A program made the position numbers and the translations under genes. Shown here in pieces: positions 4,825-4,902 of a stretch of 4,902 bases of DNA. Under the pieces are notes generated by a model. The model worked only from the letters and a program-made list of their open reading frames with translations, was not told the origin of the DNA and searched no databases. Origin of the DNA: a virus (taxonomy: Duplodnaviria > Heunggongvirae > Uroviricota > Caudoviricetes); IMG/VR virus record IMGVR_UViG_3300029102_000236. The stretch is one strand, 5' to 3'. Each line of letters opens with the position of its first letter. Position 1 is the first letter of the stretch.

Positions 4825-4902
4825 TTACTGATAGTGTTTTATGTTCAGATAATGCCCGATGACTTTGTCATGCAGCTCCACCGATTTTGAGAACGACAGT
4901 GA
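4825..4902 (-). CDS. 3' end (last 25 codons) of an upstream minus-strand ORF running off the right edge of the window
   Basis: A minus-strand frame is open from the window edge to TAA at 4827-4825 (...SLSFSKSVELHDKVIGHYLNIKHYQ*). Same orientation as the operon, with a 36-nt gap before the TraR-like start. Too short to identify. Confidence 0.3.
   Translation of the reverse strand, partial: SLSFSKSVELHDKVIGHYLNIKHYQ

Noticed and set aside
1-4902. CRISPR array, tRNA, rRNA or IS element
   Set aside because: No regularly spaced direct repeats, no cloverleaf-like or rRNA-like segments, and no terminal inverted repeats with transposase. The window is explained by protein-coding genes.

Overview
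The window reads as the left arm of a lambdoid (lambda-like) prophage, probably from an enterobacterial host, and is coding almost entirely on the minus strand. Genes are packed as one leftward operon with GTGA/ATGA overlaps or 1-nt spacers. In order of transcription (right to left): the 3' end of an upstream ORF; a TraR/DksA-type C4 zinc-finger protein; an Ea22-like coiled-coil protein; five small or modular accessory genes (an 84-aa N-terminal leader ORF, a 202-codon modular ORF out of frame with it, a Cys-rich 69-aa protein, a MazG-like NTP-pyrophosphohydrolase-domain protein, an ASCH/PUA-like protein); a 79-aa small protein; excisionase; and a complete lambda-family tyrosine integrase whose stop codon is bases 1-3. 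I found no rRNA, tRNA, CRISPR array, IS element or att core. The best candidates for something new are in the accessory block 1774-3804: a translationally coupled MazG-like/ASCH-like pair, paralogous modular proteins joined by PV(I/V)P linkers conserved at the DNA level, and a possible -1 frameshift site splitting one of them. All family assignments come from reading motifs by eye; no database search or profile comparison was run.
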